A DNA stretch of 64,000 nucleotides from a virus (Duplodnaviria > Heunggongvirae > Uroviricota > Caudoviricetes): IMG/VR virus record IMGVR_UViG_2795385758_000004, positions 22,292-86,291 of that record. The stretch is one strand, 5' to 3'. Positions 55,505 through 64,000 of this stretch are shown here, piece by piece. The notes below the pieces were generated by a model. The model had not been told where the DNA came from. It made no database searches and saw only the letters and a program-made list of their open reading frames with translations. Positions within the stretch are counted from its first letter, which is position 1. The number at the start of each line of letters is the position of its first letter. The position numbers and the translations under genes were made by a program.

Positions 55505-56707
55505 TTACGCCCTGGTGTTCCTCGGCCTCCCCGCTCGCACCGCGCGCACATCCCCAATGCGAACCATCTGGTGCCCGTGGGCGTCCCGGCCGCGTACCGG
55601 TACCCACCCGCGTCTAATCCACCGCTCGATGGTCGATTGTGGCACGTGTTCGTCGAGGCGGGGGAGCACCACGTCGACCAGCTCGCGCACGGTCGCGTTG
55701 CGGTCGTCGAGCTCGCCGAGGTTGCGTGCCAGCACGTCGGCCACCGAATGCGCGGTGTCGCACTGGGGGCACACGATTGAGCCGCTGTGGCTCGGTGCCA
55801 TGAGTGCGTACCCGCACCGGGTTGATTTGTCGCCCTTGCGTCCCCGCACGGCGAGTACTTCGTCGGGTGCCGGGTCGGTGATGCATGGCCCGATGATCAT
55901 GGGCTCGGGTGGGCGGTTCACCACGCGTGTGATTGACCGGTACACCTGCTCGATCTCGTCGCAGATCTCGGCGCCGTTCTCCTGGAGCGCGATGTTGGAC
56001 GCGTGCCGGTGCAGCCACTTGGCCATGCGCGCTGTCGTGGCGACTGAGTGCGTCTCGTCGCCGCGCCTTCCGGCGTAGGTCACGCGTAGGTCATCCGCGG
56101 GGGAGTCGTCGGCCGTGCACATCTCCGGGGCGCCGTCGCAGTCGTCGCACAGTGGCCCAGCCGCCGAGGTGGGCAGCGTGACGAAGCACCGTCGACACGA
56201 GCCCGCCCGGGCCGGCGGCGCCGAATCGAGGCTGAACCGATCTGCCGGCCGCCGTGCATCCGAGTCGACGACCACCGGCAGAGGCCTTGGCCGGGTGCGG
56301 AACTCGGGCACGTCCAGCCCGCGCGTCTCGCACATGTCGCGGATGGTCGTCGACAGTGCGTTGTGGATTCGGTCGAGCTCGTCGCTGGCGCGTCCGTTGA
56401 CCCGGCCGAGCGCCAGGGCATGCCACAGTGCCGCCTGGTGCCTGTCCCGGCGGTCCCTGTCGGTCGGGGTGGTGTCCTTGTCGCGGGGGAACGGCTCGAC
56501 GTGGCTCACGAGCGTGTCGTCGCCGTGCAACACGTCGCGGCGCTCGCCCTTGCGTGCACCGTCGCCCAGGTTCGCCTGCCCGACAGCGGTCTCGGTGAGC
56601 CGATCGATCCACCACGGCAGGTCGGCCAGGCGCTTGCGCAGCTCCGCGATGCAGGCCTTGCACACGAACAGATCGGTTGCGCGTTCGCACCGCTTGCACT
56701 TCGTCAA
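55505..56707 (-). CDS. Cys-rich hypothetical DNA-binding protein (zinc-ribbon N-terminus, HTH-like C-terminus)
   Basis: 400 aa. CKRCERATDLFVCKAC and CPQCDTAH zinc-ribbon-like motifs. C-terminus (TVRELVDVV...IERWIRRGWVP) looks like a MerR/excisionase-type HTH. Confidence 0.4.
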   Translation of the reverse strand: MTKCKRCERATDLFVCKACIAELRKRLADLPWWIDRLTETAVGQANLGDGARKGERRDVLHGDDTLVSHVEPFPRDKDTTPTDRDRRDRHQAALWHALALGRVNGRASDELDRIHNALSTTIRDMCETRGLDVPEFRTRPRPLPVVVDSDARRPADRFSLDSAPPARAGSCRRCFVTLPTSAAGPLCDDCDGAPEMCTADDSPADDLRVTYAGRRGDETHSVATTARMAKWLHRHASNIALQENGAEICDEIEQVYRSITRVVNRPPEPMIIGPCITDPAPDEVLAVRGRKGDKSTRCGYALMAPSHSGSIVCPQCDTAHSVADVLARNLGELDDRNATVRELVDVVLPRLDEHVPQSTIERWIRRGWVPVRGRDAHGHQMVRIGDVRAVRAGRPRNTRA

Positions 56708-57464
56708 CGGTTGAATCCCCTTACCATTTCGGCGAATTGGACATCGGTATCGTGCTGTTCGAGCCTGGTGAGGAACTGAATTTGCCAGGGCTGCAACGGC
56801 TTACCAGCATCGGAGCAGAGCTCGGCTATCCGGTCAGCGTCGCCGGGGCGCGTGCGCCTCATCGCCCGTCCCTCTTGGGTGGTGCGCACATCACCGCACC
56901 GGCTACCGGTCGCACGAAGGCGTCGCAGTCGCGGCAGCGCCGGTTTCCGTACTCGTCGCGGTAGTGGCGCTGGTTGTGTCGGCAGCGACGGATTTTCAGC
57001 ACCCGCCCATCGAGGTCGCGGTCTCTCATCACGCACCCCCGGCAGCAAACGCGGCGAAAGCTTCTGTGCTCGTGTCGAATCGGCACCAGGTCTCGTAGCC
57101 GACTGTCTGGCGCTTCTCGATGAGCCACCACTCGTCGTCGTCACACCGAATGCGCCAGGGCGCGGGTGGGCGGTTCGGCCAGAACGGCTCGCTGAATCCC
57201 GCACGGAACGGCCAGCAGTGGGGGTTGTACGTCGGGACTGGTGGCTCCGGCTCGGGCTTGCGCGGCTCGTCGTGTACCGCGCCGTCGTACCAGTACCCCT
57301 CGATCAGCGTGCCGTCGGTGAGCTGGATGGCCACGCGCCCGCCCTCTTCCAGCCCGGGGCAGGTAAAACCACTCGGGGTCTGTTTTCTGGGTCATCGTGT
57401 CTCCGTTCGCATATCGATTCCTGGGGCTGTGGTCGTCGCTGGCGGGTTTTCGGGCCGTTCGGGA

Positions 57465-58376
57465 CTATCCGGTCGCGGCGGGGGGATTTTCGAGCGCTGC
57501 GCGGGCTCTGGCGAGTCCGGCTCTGGCGGTGGCCGAGCGGTCGACGTGATCGCAGACGGAGAGGCCGTTGTAGCCGTCCTGGTCGCACAGGCGGCACGCG
57601 GCGATGGCCTGGCGCTTGGCATCTCGCTCGCCCCGGTGTTGTGCGCGCTGCTCGGCGGCGGCGAGAGCCGCGTCGTCTGCGGCCCACTGGGAGTACTGCA
57701 CCCGGTAGCGCTGGCAGGCGCGGCACGGGTCCTCGGTGCCGCCAGGATGCTTGGGGCAGAACTCGGGGGGCGGCGCGCAGCGCTCCCCAACTTGAGTACT
57801 TACCAACGTAAGTTCCCTTACCCCTACCCTTACCCTTTCCCTAGAGGGTTCGGGCAGGGTGCCGTCAGGGTTCACGGTTCCGGCAGGGTTCTCGCACCCT
57901 TCGGGCACGGTGCCGTCAGGGTTCTCGCACGGTTCCGTCACGGTGTCATCGGGGTCAGGGTCAGACGGGTCAATCTCATCGGCGACCTTGGTCGCCTCGG
58001 GCTTGCGCAGGCGACGTAGCTCGACCGCCAACTCATGGCGCAGCTTAGGCGAGGCCACCATGACGGCGCATTTCAAGGCGCTCTTGAGGTACTGCGGATA
58101 CCGGGTGACCTCGGTGGTGCGCATGTAGGCGCGCACGAACAGTTCGTCAGTGTCCTCGTCGTAGAACACGAACCGTTCACGCTCCAGCTCGTCGAGGTCG
58201 GCCTGTAGGTCTTCGACGGACATCTCGTTGCACCCCTTGGCCCACTTGGTGATTTGAAGTGGTTGCATCCCGGCGCGGTCGAGATCCTTTTGACTGAGCA
58301 GCTGCGCGTAGGTGCATTGCGCGGTGCGTGTGAGCGCTCGGAAATGGCCGTCGCGCCAGATTGATTCCTTGAGCAT
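57465..58376 (-). CDS. hypothetical early protein containing a tandem peptide repeat
   Basis: Start uncertain (ATG 58376, or upstream at 58502). Contains PDGTVPEGCENPAGTVNPDGTLPEP, encoded by the DNA tandem repeat at 57790..57960. Confidence 0.35.
   Translation of the reverse strand: MLKESIWRDGHFRALTRTAQCTYAQLLSQKDLDRAGMQPLQITKWAKGCNEMSVEDLQADLDELERERFVFYDEDTDELFVRAYMRTTEVTRYPQYLKSALKCAVMVASPKLRHELAVELRRLRKPEATKVADEIDPSDPDPDDTVTEPCENPDGTVPEGCENPAGTVNPDGTLPEPSRERVRVGVRELTLVSTQVGERCAPPPEFCPKHPGGTEDPCRACQRYRVQYSQWAADDAALAAAEQRAQHRGERDAKRQAIAACRLCDQDGYNGLSVCDHVDRSATARAGLARARAALENPPAATG
57790..57960. repeat. imperfect tandem direct repeats (~27 nt units) inside a coding region
   Basis: gcacggtgccgtcagggttctcgcac and close variants are repeated head-to-tail. 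Confidence 0.5.
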
Positions 58377-58455
58377 TCCGGCCGAGTTAGCCACGGTGTT
58401 CCTTTCTCTGATTCGCGTGCATGTATTCAGACTGCGGCACGTTCGGCACTCCTTC

Positions 58456-58824
58456 TCACCCCAAAATCTCGGGGCCGAACATCGGGTCCATCTGTGCCTC
58501 AAGAGCCGCCGTGCGGGCCCGCTGGCGCGTCTGCGCGTGGTGCTCTAGGTCGTAGTGCAGGTGGCAGCCCTGGCACATGGCGCGCAGGTTCTCATCGCGG
58601 CAGTCCTCGGGTGTGTGGTTCAGGTGCGCCACGGTCAGCACGACGCGGCTGCCGGTGCCGTATGCGGGCTGTCCGTTGACGTTCGTGCAGCGGTCGAGGT
58701 GTGTACCCCGCAGGCACTCGCCCTCGCACTCACAGCGGCCTTGGGCGCGCTCGAACCGGATGCGGCGCGAGATCTCGGGCCAGTCCTTGGGGTAGCGGTC
58801 GCGGTTCTCCGGACGGATGGGCAC
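58456..58824 (-). CDS. HNH endonuclease
   Basis: CECEGEC ... AHLNHTPEDCRDENLRAMCQGCHLHYD carries HNH-type Cys/His motifs. Confidence 0.55.
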   Translation of the reverse strand: MPIRPENRDRYPKDWPEISRRIRFERAQGRCECEGECLRGTHLDRCTNVNGQPAYGTGSRVVLTVAHLNHTPEDCRDENLRAMCQGCHLHYDLEHHAQTRQRARTAALEAQMDPMFGPEILG

Positions 58825-59243
58825 TACGTCACTGCCTGGAGACGTGCGAGGATGTCAGCGGGCGGGGTCCAGAGGCCGAGCGCCCCGCGGCAACGCGGTT
58901 GTGTATTCAGTGGAATCGGGCGCGGGTTGGCCAACACGAGGTGGTACCCGCCCCAGAGCAGCTCTCCCCAGTCGCTCCCGCAGCAGAACGGCGCCGACTG
59001 GTGCACCTCAACCAGATCGACCACGCCGAGAATGACGCCATAGTCGAATACCCGTGGTGCGGTTACCCATCCGGGCGCATGCATCGGCAGTCGCGCCAAT
59101 GCTGCCTCGTCGGCCTTGAGCGCGGCGCGTATCGCAACTGGGCCACGGTACTTCCCGGCTATGTTGCGCGTGCGGTTCTCAATGTCCTTGCCCTGATTGA
59201 TGATCTGCCACGCCCACGGCTGGCGAACGGTGATCGCTCGCAT
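58824..59243 (-). CDS. ASCH domain protein
   Basis: MRAITVRQPWAWQII matches the ASCH N-terminal signature. Confidence 0.5.
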   Translation of the reverse strand: MRAITVRQPWAWQIINQGKDIENRTRNIAGKYRGPVAIRAALKADEAALARLPMHAPGWVTAPRVFDYGVILGVVDLVEVHQSAPFCCGSDWGELLWGGYHLVLANPRPIPLNTQPRCRGALGLWTPPADILARLQAVT

Positions 59244-59368
59244 CTACTCACCCCTTCTGAATTTCGTATGGCACTTCTCGCACCTCGGCCGACCGGCGCT
59301 GTGCGGCTCGGTCTTGCAGTCCACGCACAGACCGGCCTGGTATGCCTTGGTGCTCTCGGGGGTGCGGG

Positions 59369-60019
59369 TCACGAAATGCACCCCCACGATGCGCACCCCG
59401 GGGCGCCGCATAGGCGCGCGCAGTCGCTCGGCCGAGCTGGGTTGTGCCCGCCGTTGGGCGGGGGCTGTCGCGCCTGGTCGATTGCCGCCAGCGCCTTGCG
59501 CACCAACACCCAAGGTCCGTCGCCGTATCGGTGCTTGACGGTGACCGTGTGCCAGGCACCGTCGCATTTAGCCTTTACGACGTAGTTGTTCACGTCGTCG
59601 GGATGCGGGCGGCCCGGCGTCGTGCGCTGGATAGTCATGCCCTCGTGGATCGATTGGCCGTTGACGTGCAGATCGAAATGGAGCGTCATGGCATCGGCCA
59701 ATCGGCGATTTCGGTCGTCGGCGTTCGGGCCCGGGTTGCCCCGGCCGCTGTAGTAGCTGTCACCAAGGTTGAGCCAGAGTGTTCCGTCGTCGGCGAGCAC
59801 GCGGCGCAGCTCGGCGAACAGCGCGCGCATATTCTCGACGTACTGGGCTGGCGAGTCCTCCAGCCCATACTGGCCGGGCTCGCCGTAGTCGCGAAGGCCG
59901 AAGTAGGGCGGGCTGGTGACGATGCAATCGGCCCCGCCGGCGGGCAGTGCCTTGGCCACGTCGAGGGCGTCGCCGTGGTGCAGGCTGACCGATTCGTCTT
60001 GGTAGTAGGGCGTGATCAT
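59369..60019 (-). CDS. DNA methyltransferase-like protein (N6A/N4C family motif IV only)
   Basis: ATG at 60019 overlaps the upstream stop (ATGA). IVTSPPYFGLRDYG is a DPPY-type motif. No clear C-terminal FxGxG motif. Confidence 0.4.
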   Translation of the reverse strand: MITPYYQDESVSLHHGDALDVAKALPAGGADCIVTSPPYFGLRDYGEPGQYGLEDSPAQYVENMRALFAELRRVLADDGTLWLNLGDSYYSGRGNPGPNADDRNRRLADAMTLHFDLHVNGQSIHEGMTIQRTTPGRPHPDDVNNYVVKAKCDGAWHTVTVKHRYGDGPWVLVRKALAAIDQARQPPPNGGHNPARPSDCARLCGAPGCASWGCIS

Positions 60020-60540
60020 GCGCTGACTCCGAACAGCTCCAGCTGTCCGACCGGCTCGTCCTCGGCGGTGAACCCGAGTGCGCGGTCGAGCAAGTCGTCG
60101 GTCCAGTCCTGGCAGCGCCAGAACTCGGCCTTGGCGTCGGCTTCCTGCTGCTCGGTCGGCGGGCAAATGCGGTCGCCCATGTACGCGTACCCGCACGGTT
60201 CGCTCCCGCAGTGGCAGAACTGGTGGCGAAGTAAGTTATTGCGCTGCGCGGCGGTGGCGCACCCGCGCATCTCGGCGACAAGCTCGACTGGCAGGGAGCG
60301 TGCGAACTTGTTCAGCTGCGCGGTGGTCACGGTGACGACGGGGATGCCCCTCGACACGATCTTGCCGTGTCCGCACTCAAATCCCTTGAGGTGAGACGGA
60401 TATCCGTCGGTAGGCAGGCGGGTGCCGCCGTAGCAGGATTGCATCAAACGGGTGACACCTGCGGGACCGATGAGGCAGTCGCGCATTTCCCACCCGCCGA
60501 CCATCCGCAATAGCCAGCGTTGATCTTCGGTGAGCATCAT
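60016..60540 (-). CDS. hypothetical Cys-rich protein
   Basis: 174 aa ORF with start/stop overlaps on both sides. Confidence 0.35.
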   Translation of the reverse strand: MMLTEDQRWLLRMVGGWEMRDCLIGPAGVTRLMQSCYGGTRLPTDGYPSHLKGFECGHGKIVSRGIPVVTVTTAQLNKFARSLPVELVAEMRGCATAAQRNNLLRHQFCHCGSEPCGYAYMGDRICPPTEQQEADAKAEFWRCQDWTDDLLDRALGFTAEDEPVGQLELFGVSA

Positions 60541-61037
60541 GCAGGTGCCTTGGCTTTCTCGCGTTCCTCGCGGGCCAGCTCATACAGCAGCGCAGACGGC
60601 TGGAAACCATTGCGCCGTAACTGTTCCGACATGGAGTTGTAGGTGATGCCCATTTCGCGCGCAGCCGCATGGTCGGGTACGCCGATGTACACGTATTCGG
60701 ACCATTTGAGTACGAACGGTTTTCCCGTCTCGGGAGGTAGTTCGGGGTCCATCCACATCACGTAGTCGCGGGTGGAGGGGGCACAGGTTTGTTGGCCGCG
60801 AAGGATCTGGCGCAGAGTGGTGACGAGCTTTCCCGGGTGGCCGTTGGCGGCCGCGATGGCGTTGATGGTCCAGCCGATCGACTGCAGCTTCTCCAGGTGC
60901 TCGCGCACGGGGGTGGCGTCGATGTAGCGACGGGAGATGGACGGGGCGGTCATAGGGTCACATCCGCGTAGAAGTCGCGCAGCTTCACGAATGCTTTGGC
61001 GGTTGCCTCGGCGTCGCCGAGTGCCGAATGTGGGCAA
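60537..61037 (-). CDS. hypothetical protein (possible HTH DNA-binding)
   Basis: 166 aa ORF. Confidence 0.3.
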   Translation of the reverse strand: MPTFGTRRRRGNRQSIREAARLLRGCDPMTAPSISRRYIDATPVREHLEKLQSIGWTINAIAAANGHPGKLVTTLRQILRGQQTCAPSTRDYVMWMDPELPPETGKPFVLKWSEYVYIGVPDHAAAREMGITYNSMSEQLRRNGFQPSALLYELAREEREKAKAPA

Positions 61038-61474
61038 CGGTTCTCGATCTTGAGGGCGTCGAGCACGTCGGCCAGTCCCGGCAGCTCGGACGGGTCACGG
61101 CCGAGTGCTGGGGCCGCGTAGGCGGCGAGGTCGGCCAGGCGGTAGTGCCAGTGCGTGCCGACCTTGCGTGCGACCATGGCTGCGTCGAATGTCGGGTTCG
61201 ATCCGGCAAAGGTGTTGCCGCTCAGGATGTCGGCAAGGTCACTCCACGCTGTGATGGTGTCGTCGGGATTGAGCATTACGTCATAGACGCCGCGTTCGAA
61301 ATAGCGGTTGATGGCGAAGGCCTGGGGCTCGATCGAGACCTTGGACAGGTCGACGTACGGCACGAATTCGAGTGTTTCTCCGGTGTCGACGTTGATGGCC
61401 GCAACCTCGATCGGCGCGCACTGCGGGCCGAGGCCGGTTGTTTCCAGGTCTACGACGATGAGGTTGCGGGACAT
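60950..61474 (-). CDS. DnaQ-like 3'-5' exonuclease (DEDD family)
   Basis: ATG at 61474 with GAGGAG ribosome binding site. Exo I motif VVDLETTGL. Later ...HSALGDAEAT, an Exo III-like H..D. Confidence 0.6.
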   Translation of the reverse strand: MSRNLIVVDLETTGLGPQCAPIEVAAINVDTGETLEFVPYVDLSKVSIEPQAFAINRYFERGVYDVMLNPDDTITAWSDLADILSGNTFAGSNPTFDAAMVARKVGTHWHYRLADLAAYAAPALGRDPSELPGLADVLDALKIENRCPHSALGDAEATAKAFVKLRDFYADVTL

Positions 61475-61484
61475 CAGGTCTCCT

Positions 61485-62348
61485 CTACTTGGTGGGGATG
61501 GTGGGCATGACGGGGGTGGGCCAGCACAGCAGCGCGAGGCCCTTCTCGCGGGCGATGTCCAGGCACTTGGAGACCAGGACGTTGGGGTCATGTGAGACCG
61601 AGCCCGCCAGCTCGCCGTTGGCCTTGGCCTGCTCCACGGCCGTTTTCTTGGCCTGCTCGGCGACGGCTGTCGCGGCGCGTTCCTGGTTGAGCTGGTTGAT
61701 CTTCTGCTCGGTGCCGTCGTCGTAGTCGATGGTCGGCACTGCCACATCCAAGATTTCGACTTGATCGCCGACCTTGGCGGCCAGGATCACCTTCGCCTTC
61801 TCCGAGAGTTCGGGCAGCGGCGAGCGGTCGAGGTTCTGCGGCGCCAACGGATCGAATGAGGCGAACACCTCATTGAGTGCGACTTGCAGATTCCGGGTGA
61901 CCAGGTTGGACCGCACGTTGTCGAACGTCTTGTACTGCACGAACAGATCAGGCGTTGCGTCCGGCTTGATCTGCCAGCGCACCGAGACATCAGCGTCCGC
62001 GGTGGAGCTGTTGCCCAGTCGTACCTTGATTCGGTGATCGCCTGTGTGCTGGTCGATCTGCACGGCGCCATCCATCTCGGTGACCTCCGTCCATGGCGCC
62101 TTGAGGTGCAGACCGTTGGTCAGCGTGGTGCCGGTCGGACGGCTGAACGTCGTCTCGATACCGATCTGGCGAGTGCCGACCACAGTGGTCGAGGCGAACA
62201 CCAGGAAAACCAGCGCGAACAGGAACACCACACCCGCGCCGCCGAAACAGATTCGTTTGTCGGCGCCGCGCTGCATGAACAGCCCGACAATCACCGCGAT
62301 CACGGCGATGACGACCAAGATCAGGAAGAACCACATGGATACTGGCAT
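61485..62348 (-). CDS. SPFH / band-7 (prohibitin-like) membrane protein
   Basis: ATG at 62348 with AAGGGGA ribosome binding site. N-terminal TM helix, SPFH-like core, and an Ala/Glu/Lys-rich C-terminal helix. Confidence 0.55.
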   Translation of the reverse strand: MPVSMWFFLILVVIAVIAVIVGLFMQRGADKRICFGGAGVVFLFALVFLVFASTTVVGTRQIGIETTFSRPTGTTLTNGLHLKAPWTEVTEMDGAVQIDQHTGDHRIKVRLGNSSTADADVSVRWQIKPDATPDLFVQYKTFDNVRSNLVTRNLQVALNEVFASFDPLAPQNLDRSPLPELSEKAKVILAAKVGDQVEILDVAVPTIDYDDGTEQKINQLNQERAATAVAEQAKKTAVEQAKANGELAGSVSHDPNVLVSKCLDIAREKGLALLCWPTPVMPTIPTK

Positions 62349-62359
62349 CGTTGGTCCCC

Positions 62360-63196
62360 TTACTTGCCGAGGTTGGCGGCGTAGACGGGCACCCCGAGTG
62401 CTTCGGACAGCTCGCCGGTTACGTGCGTCCATGCATCGCGCACGAGGTGCTGATAGGGCTGTGGGAACAGTCCGAGCCCCAGTTGGCCCTGCGAGATGTT
62501 CAGGCGCAACCAGCACCGAACCTCGATGACCGGGTAGTCCTCGAATGGTCGGGCCGACAAGGTGATTTCGCGCGGTATCTCAAGTTGCCGAGTTGCGGTG
62601 CCCGCCTTGGCCGATACTTCCTCGCTGTAGGTCAGGTTCACGCTGCTGGTGGCGCGCTTGATTCCTGACTCGAATGATCCCTTGCTCGATGCTCGGATGC
62701 TGTCGATGATCTCCATGACATCGGCGGCCTGGTGCGAGGTGATCAGGTGCCCGGCCTGCTCGATCAGGTCGCCGAAATCCAGCTGAGAGTGGAACTTGCC
62801 GTCAGCGGCATTGAACAGGGTGGCCCAATCGGGGTCGGCGACGAATTGCAAGGCGAGCACGTCATTTCGACGGGTGTAGTCCGCCGTCGCGTCCGTCCCG
62901 AGTTCGTTGTAGATCACGCTGACCTGGCCCTTGTCCCGGTTCCCCCAGACGGTCGAGAGGCCTTGGAGTAGTGGCCGGCGCGTGACCTCGGCAAGGAATG
63001 AGGCCGTGTCGGTGACGGTTCGGCGCTCGGGTGTGCGCGGCGGGAACGCGGCGGGCACCTTGCCCCGTACGTCGACAACCTCGGTCTGGAGGCCGTTCTC
63101 GCCGTTGGCGGTGACGAGGTACAGCGAGGTGTCGGCGTCGGGCTCGTCGATCAGATCGGCGTCATGCTTGGGTAGTGCAATGGTGTTGTCGGACAT
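62360..63196 (-). CDS. hypothetical early-region protein
   Basis: 278 aa ORF. Confidence 0.35.
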   Translation of the reverse strand: MSDNTIALPKHDADLIDEPDADTSLYLVTANGENGLQTEVVDVRGKVPAAFPPRTPERRTVTDTASFLAEVTRRPLLQGLSTVWGNRDKGQVSVIYNELGTDATADYTRRNDVLALQFVADPDWATLFNAADGKFHSQLDFGDLIEQAGHLITSHQAADVMEIIDSIRASSKGSFESGIKRATSSVNLTYSEEVSAKAGTATRQLEIPREITLSARPFEDYPVIEVRCWLRLNISQGQLGLGLFPQPYQHLVRDAWTHVTGELSEALGVPVYAANLGK

Positions 63197-63254
63197 GGGT
63201 GTTACTCCTTCGGGCGGGTTGGGTTACTTGGTGCCGTAGAACATGGCGGCGTTG

Positions 63255-63566
63255 TCACGGGACAGACCCCCCCTCGCCGTCGGCGAAGAAAATCGTTCCG
63301 GCAGGGTCCTTGGCGGGGGCGCTGACGACATCGGGGACAAGGCACACCGCCCCGGACTCGCGGGGCTCGACCTTGATCTTGAGCGTGACGCAACCGCCCT
63401 TCTTGCCGGTTGCCATTGCCGCCTCGACACATTCGTGCAGCGCCTTGGTTGCAGCGGTTTGCGTGCGGCCCTTGTCGAGCTGCGTCAGCACGACGATGAA
63501 CTCGGTGATGTCACCTGGCGCGAGTTCGGTGCCTTCCTCTTTCTTCTCGGTGTCGTTGTCGGACAC
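63255..63566 (-). CDS. hypothetical protein
   Basis: 103 aa ORF. Confidence 0.3.
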   Translation of the reverse strand: MSDNDTEKKEEGTELAPGDITEFIVVLTQLDKGRTQTAATKALHECVEAAMATGKKGGCVTLKIKVEPRESGAVCLVPDVVSAPAKDPAGTIFFADGEGGSVP

Positions 63567-63569
63567 GGT

Positions 63570-64000
63570 TATTCATTCCCTTCTGTTGTGGTGGGTTGTT
63601 CTGCGCGGTCGCTTTCGAGAATGTCGATCAGGGTGGTGGCCTCGGTCTTGGTGAGATCCCTGGTGCTGACCACAGGGCTGTCGGTCCTGCTCAGTGCCGA
63701 CGAGATCCACGCCAGGGCAGCGTCTTTGTCTTCGAGGCCGCGCTCCCGAAGTAGGGCGTACAGCTTGCGCGACTGGGCCGGGGTGATCAGTTCGACGGCG
63801 GGCGCTTCCGGGGTGGGCTCGCTGGGCGAGGGCGCCTCAGCGTCGACCGTCTCCGTCTTGATTCCCAGCGCGGCTGCGACGCCCTGAACGCCTCGGTCGG
63901 CGCGCTCAGCGCGGACTCGGACGGGTTCGACCTCGCCGTCGATAACCTGATGACGGTCGAACTCGGCGGGCTCGTAGACCCCGGCGAAGTCCTGGGGGAA
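63570..64000 (-). CDS. hypothetical protein (3' part; gene continues beyond window end)
   Basis: - strand frame is open from the window end to stop TAA at 63570..63572. Confidence 0.3.

Noticed and set aside
57790-57960. CRISPR array
   Set aside because: Repeats are contiguous with no unique spacers and lie inside a coding region. No cas genes.

Overview
High-GC (about 65%) actinobacterial DNA that looks like it comes from Mycobacterium. The window is phage-derived throughout. It holds two related but clearly diverged siphovirus prophages in mirror-image (head-to-head) orientation.

Prophage A, on the + strand at 1..14.6 kb, carries the end of a major tail gene, tail chaperones G/GT with a canonical -1 slip at GGGAAAC, an 837-aa tape measure, minor tail proteins, a single-domain M15 peptidase lysin A, lysin B and two holin-like genes. 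Convergent with it on the - strand (14.7..18.8 kb) are a WXG100 protein, a polymorphic toxin, membrane immunity candidates, two small secreted proteins and a tyrosine integrase.

Prophage B starts about 250 bp further on with a divergently transcribed homologous tyrosine integrase (+ strand, 19.06 kb). It continues with a small regulator, an EsxB/EsxA-like WXG100 pair, a 550-aa polymorphic toxin with a nuclease-like C-terminus, an overlapping immunity gene and a lipoprotein. On the - strand it carries a complete virion and lysis module (23.7..48.8 kb): terminase small and large subunits, portal, ClpP-like protease/scaffold, capsid, head-tail connectors, major tail, chaperones G/GT, a 1208-aa tape measure, minor tails, lysA, lysB and holins. 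A putative cos region lies next to HNH and P-loop genes. An AT-rich moron island (51.4..55.5 kb) holds secreted, membrane and Myb-like-repeat genes. The early region (55.5..64 kb, - strand) holds HNH, ASCH, methylase-like, DnaQ-like exonuclease and SPFH genes.

Between the two integrase start codons is a roughly 164-bp imperfect palindrome with a perfect 18-bp inverted-repeat core; it looks like a shared core/att junction.

Other notable points: the chaperone frameshift in prophage B requires a +1 (not -1) slip at an equivalent Lys codon. The two lysis cassettes are about 90% identical and break homology exactly at the holin start codon. An in-frame TGA interrupts a tail-region gene. No rRNA, tRNA or CRISPR was recognised by eye.
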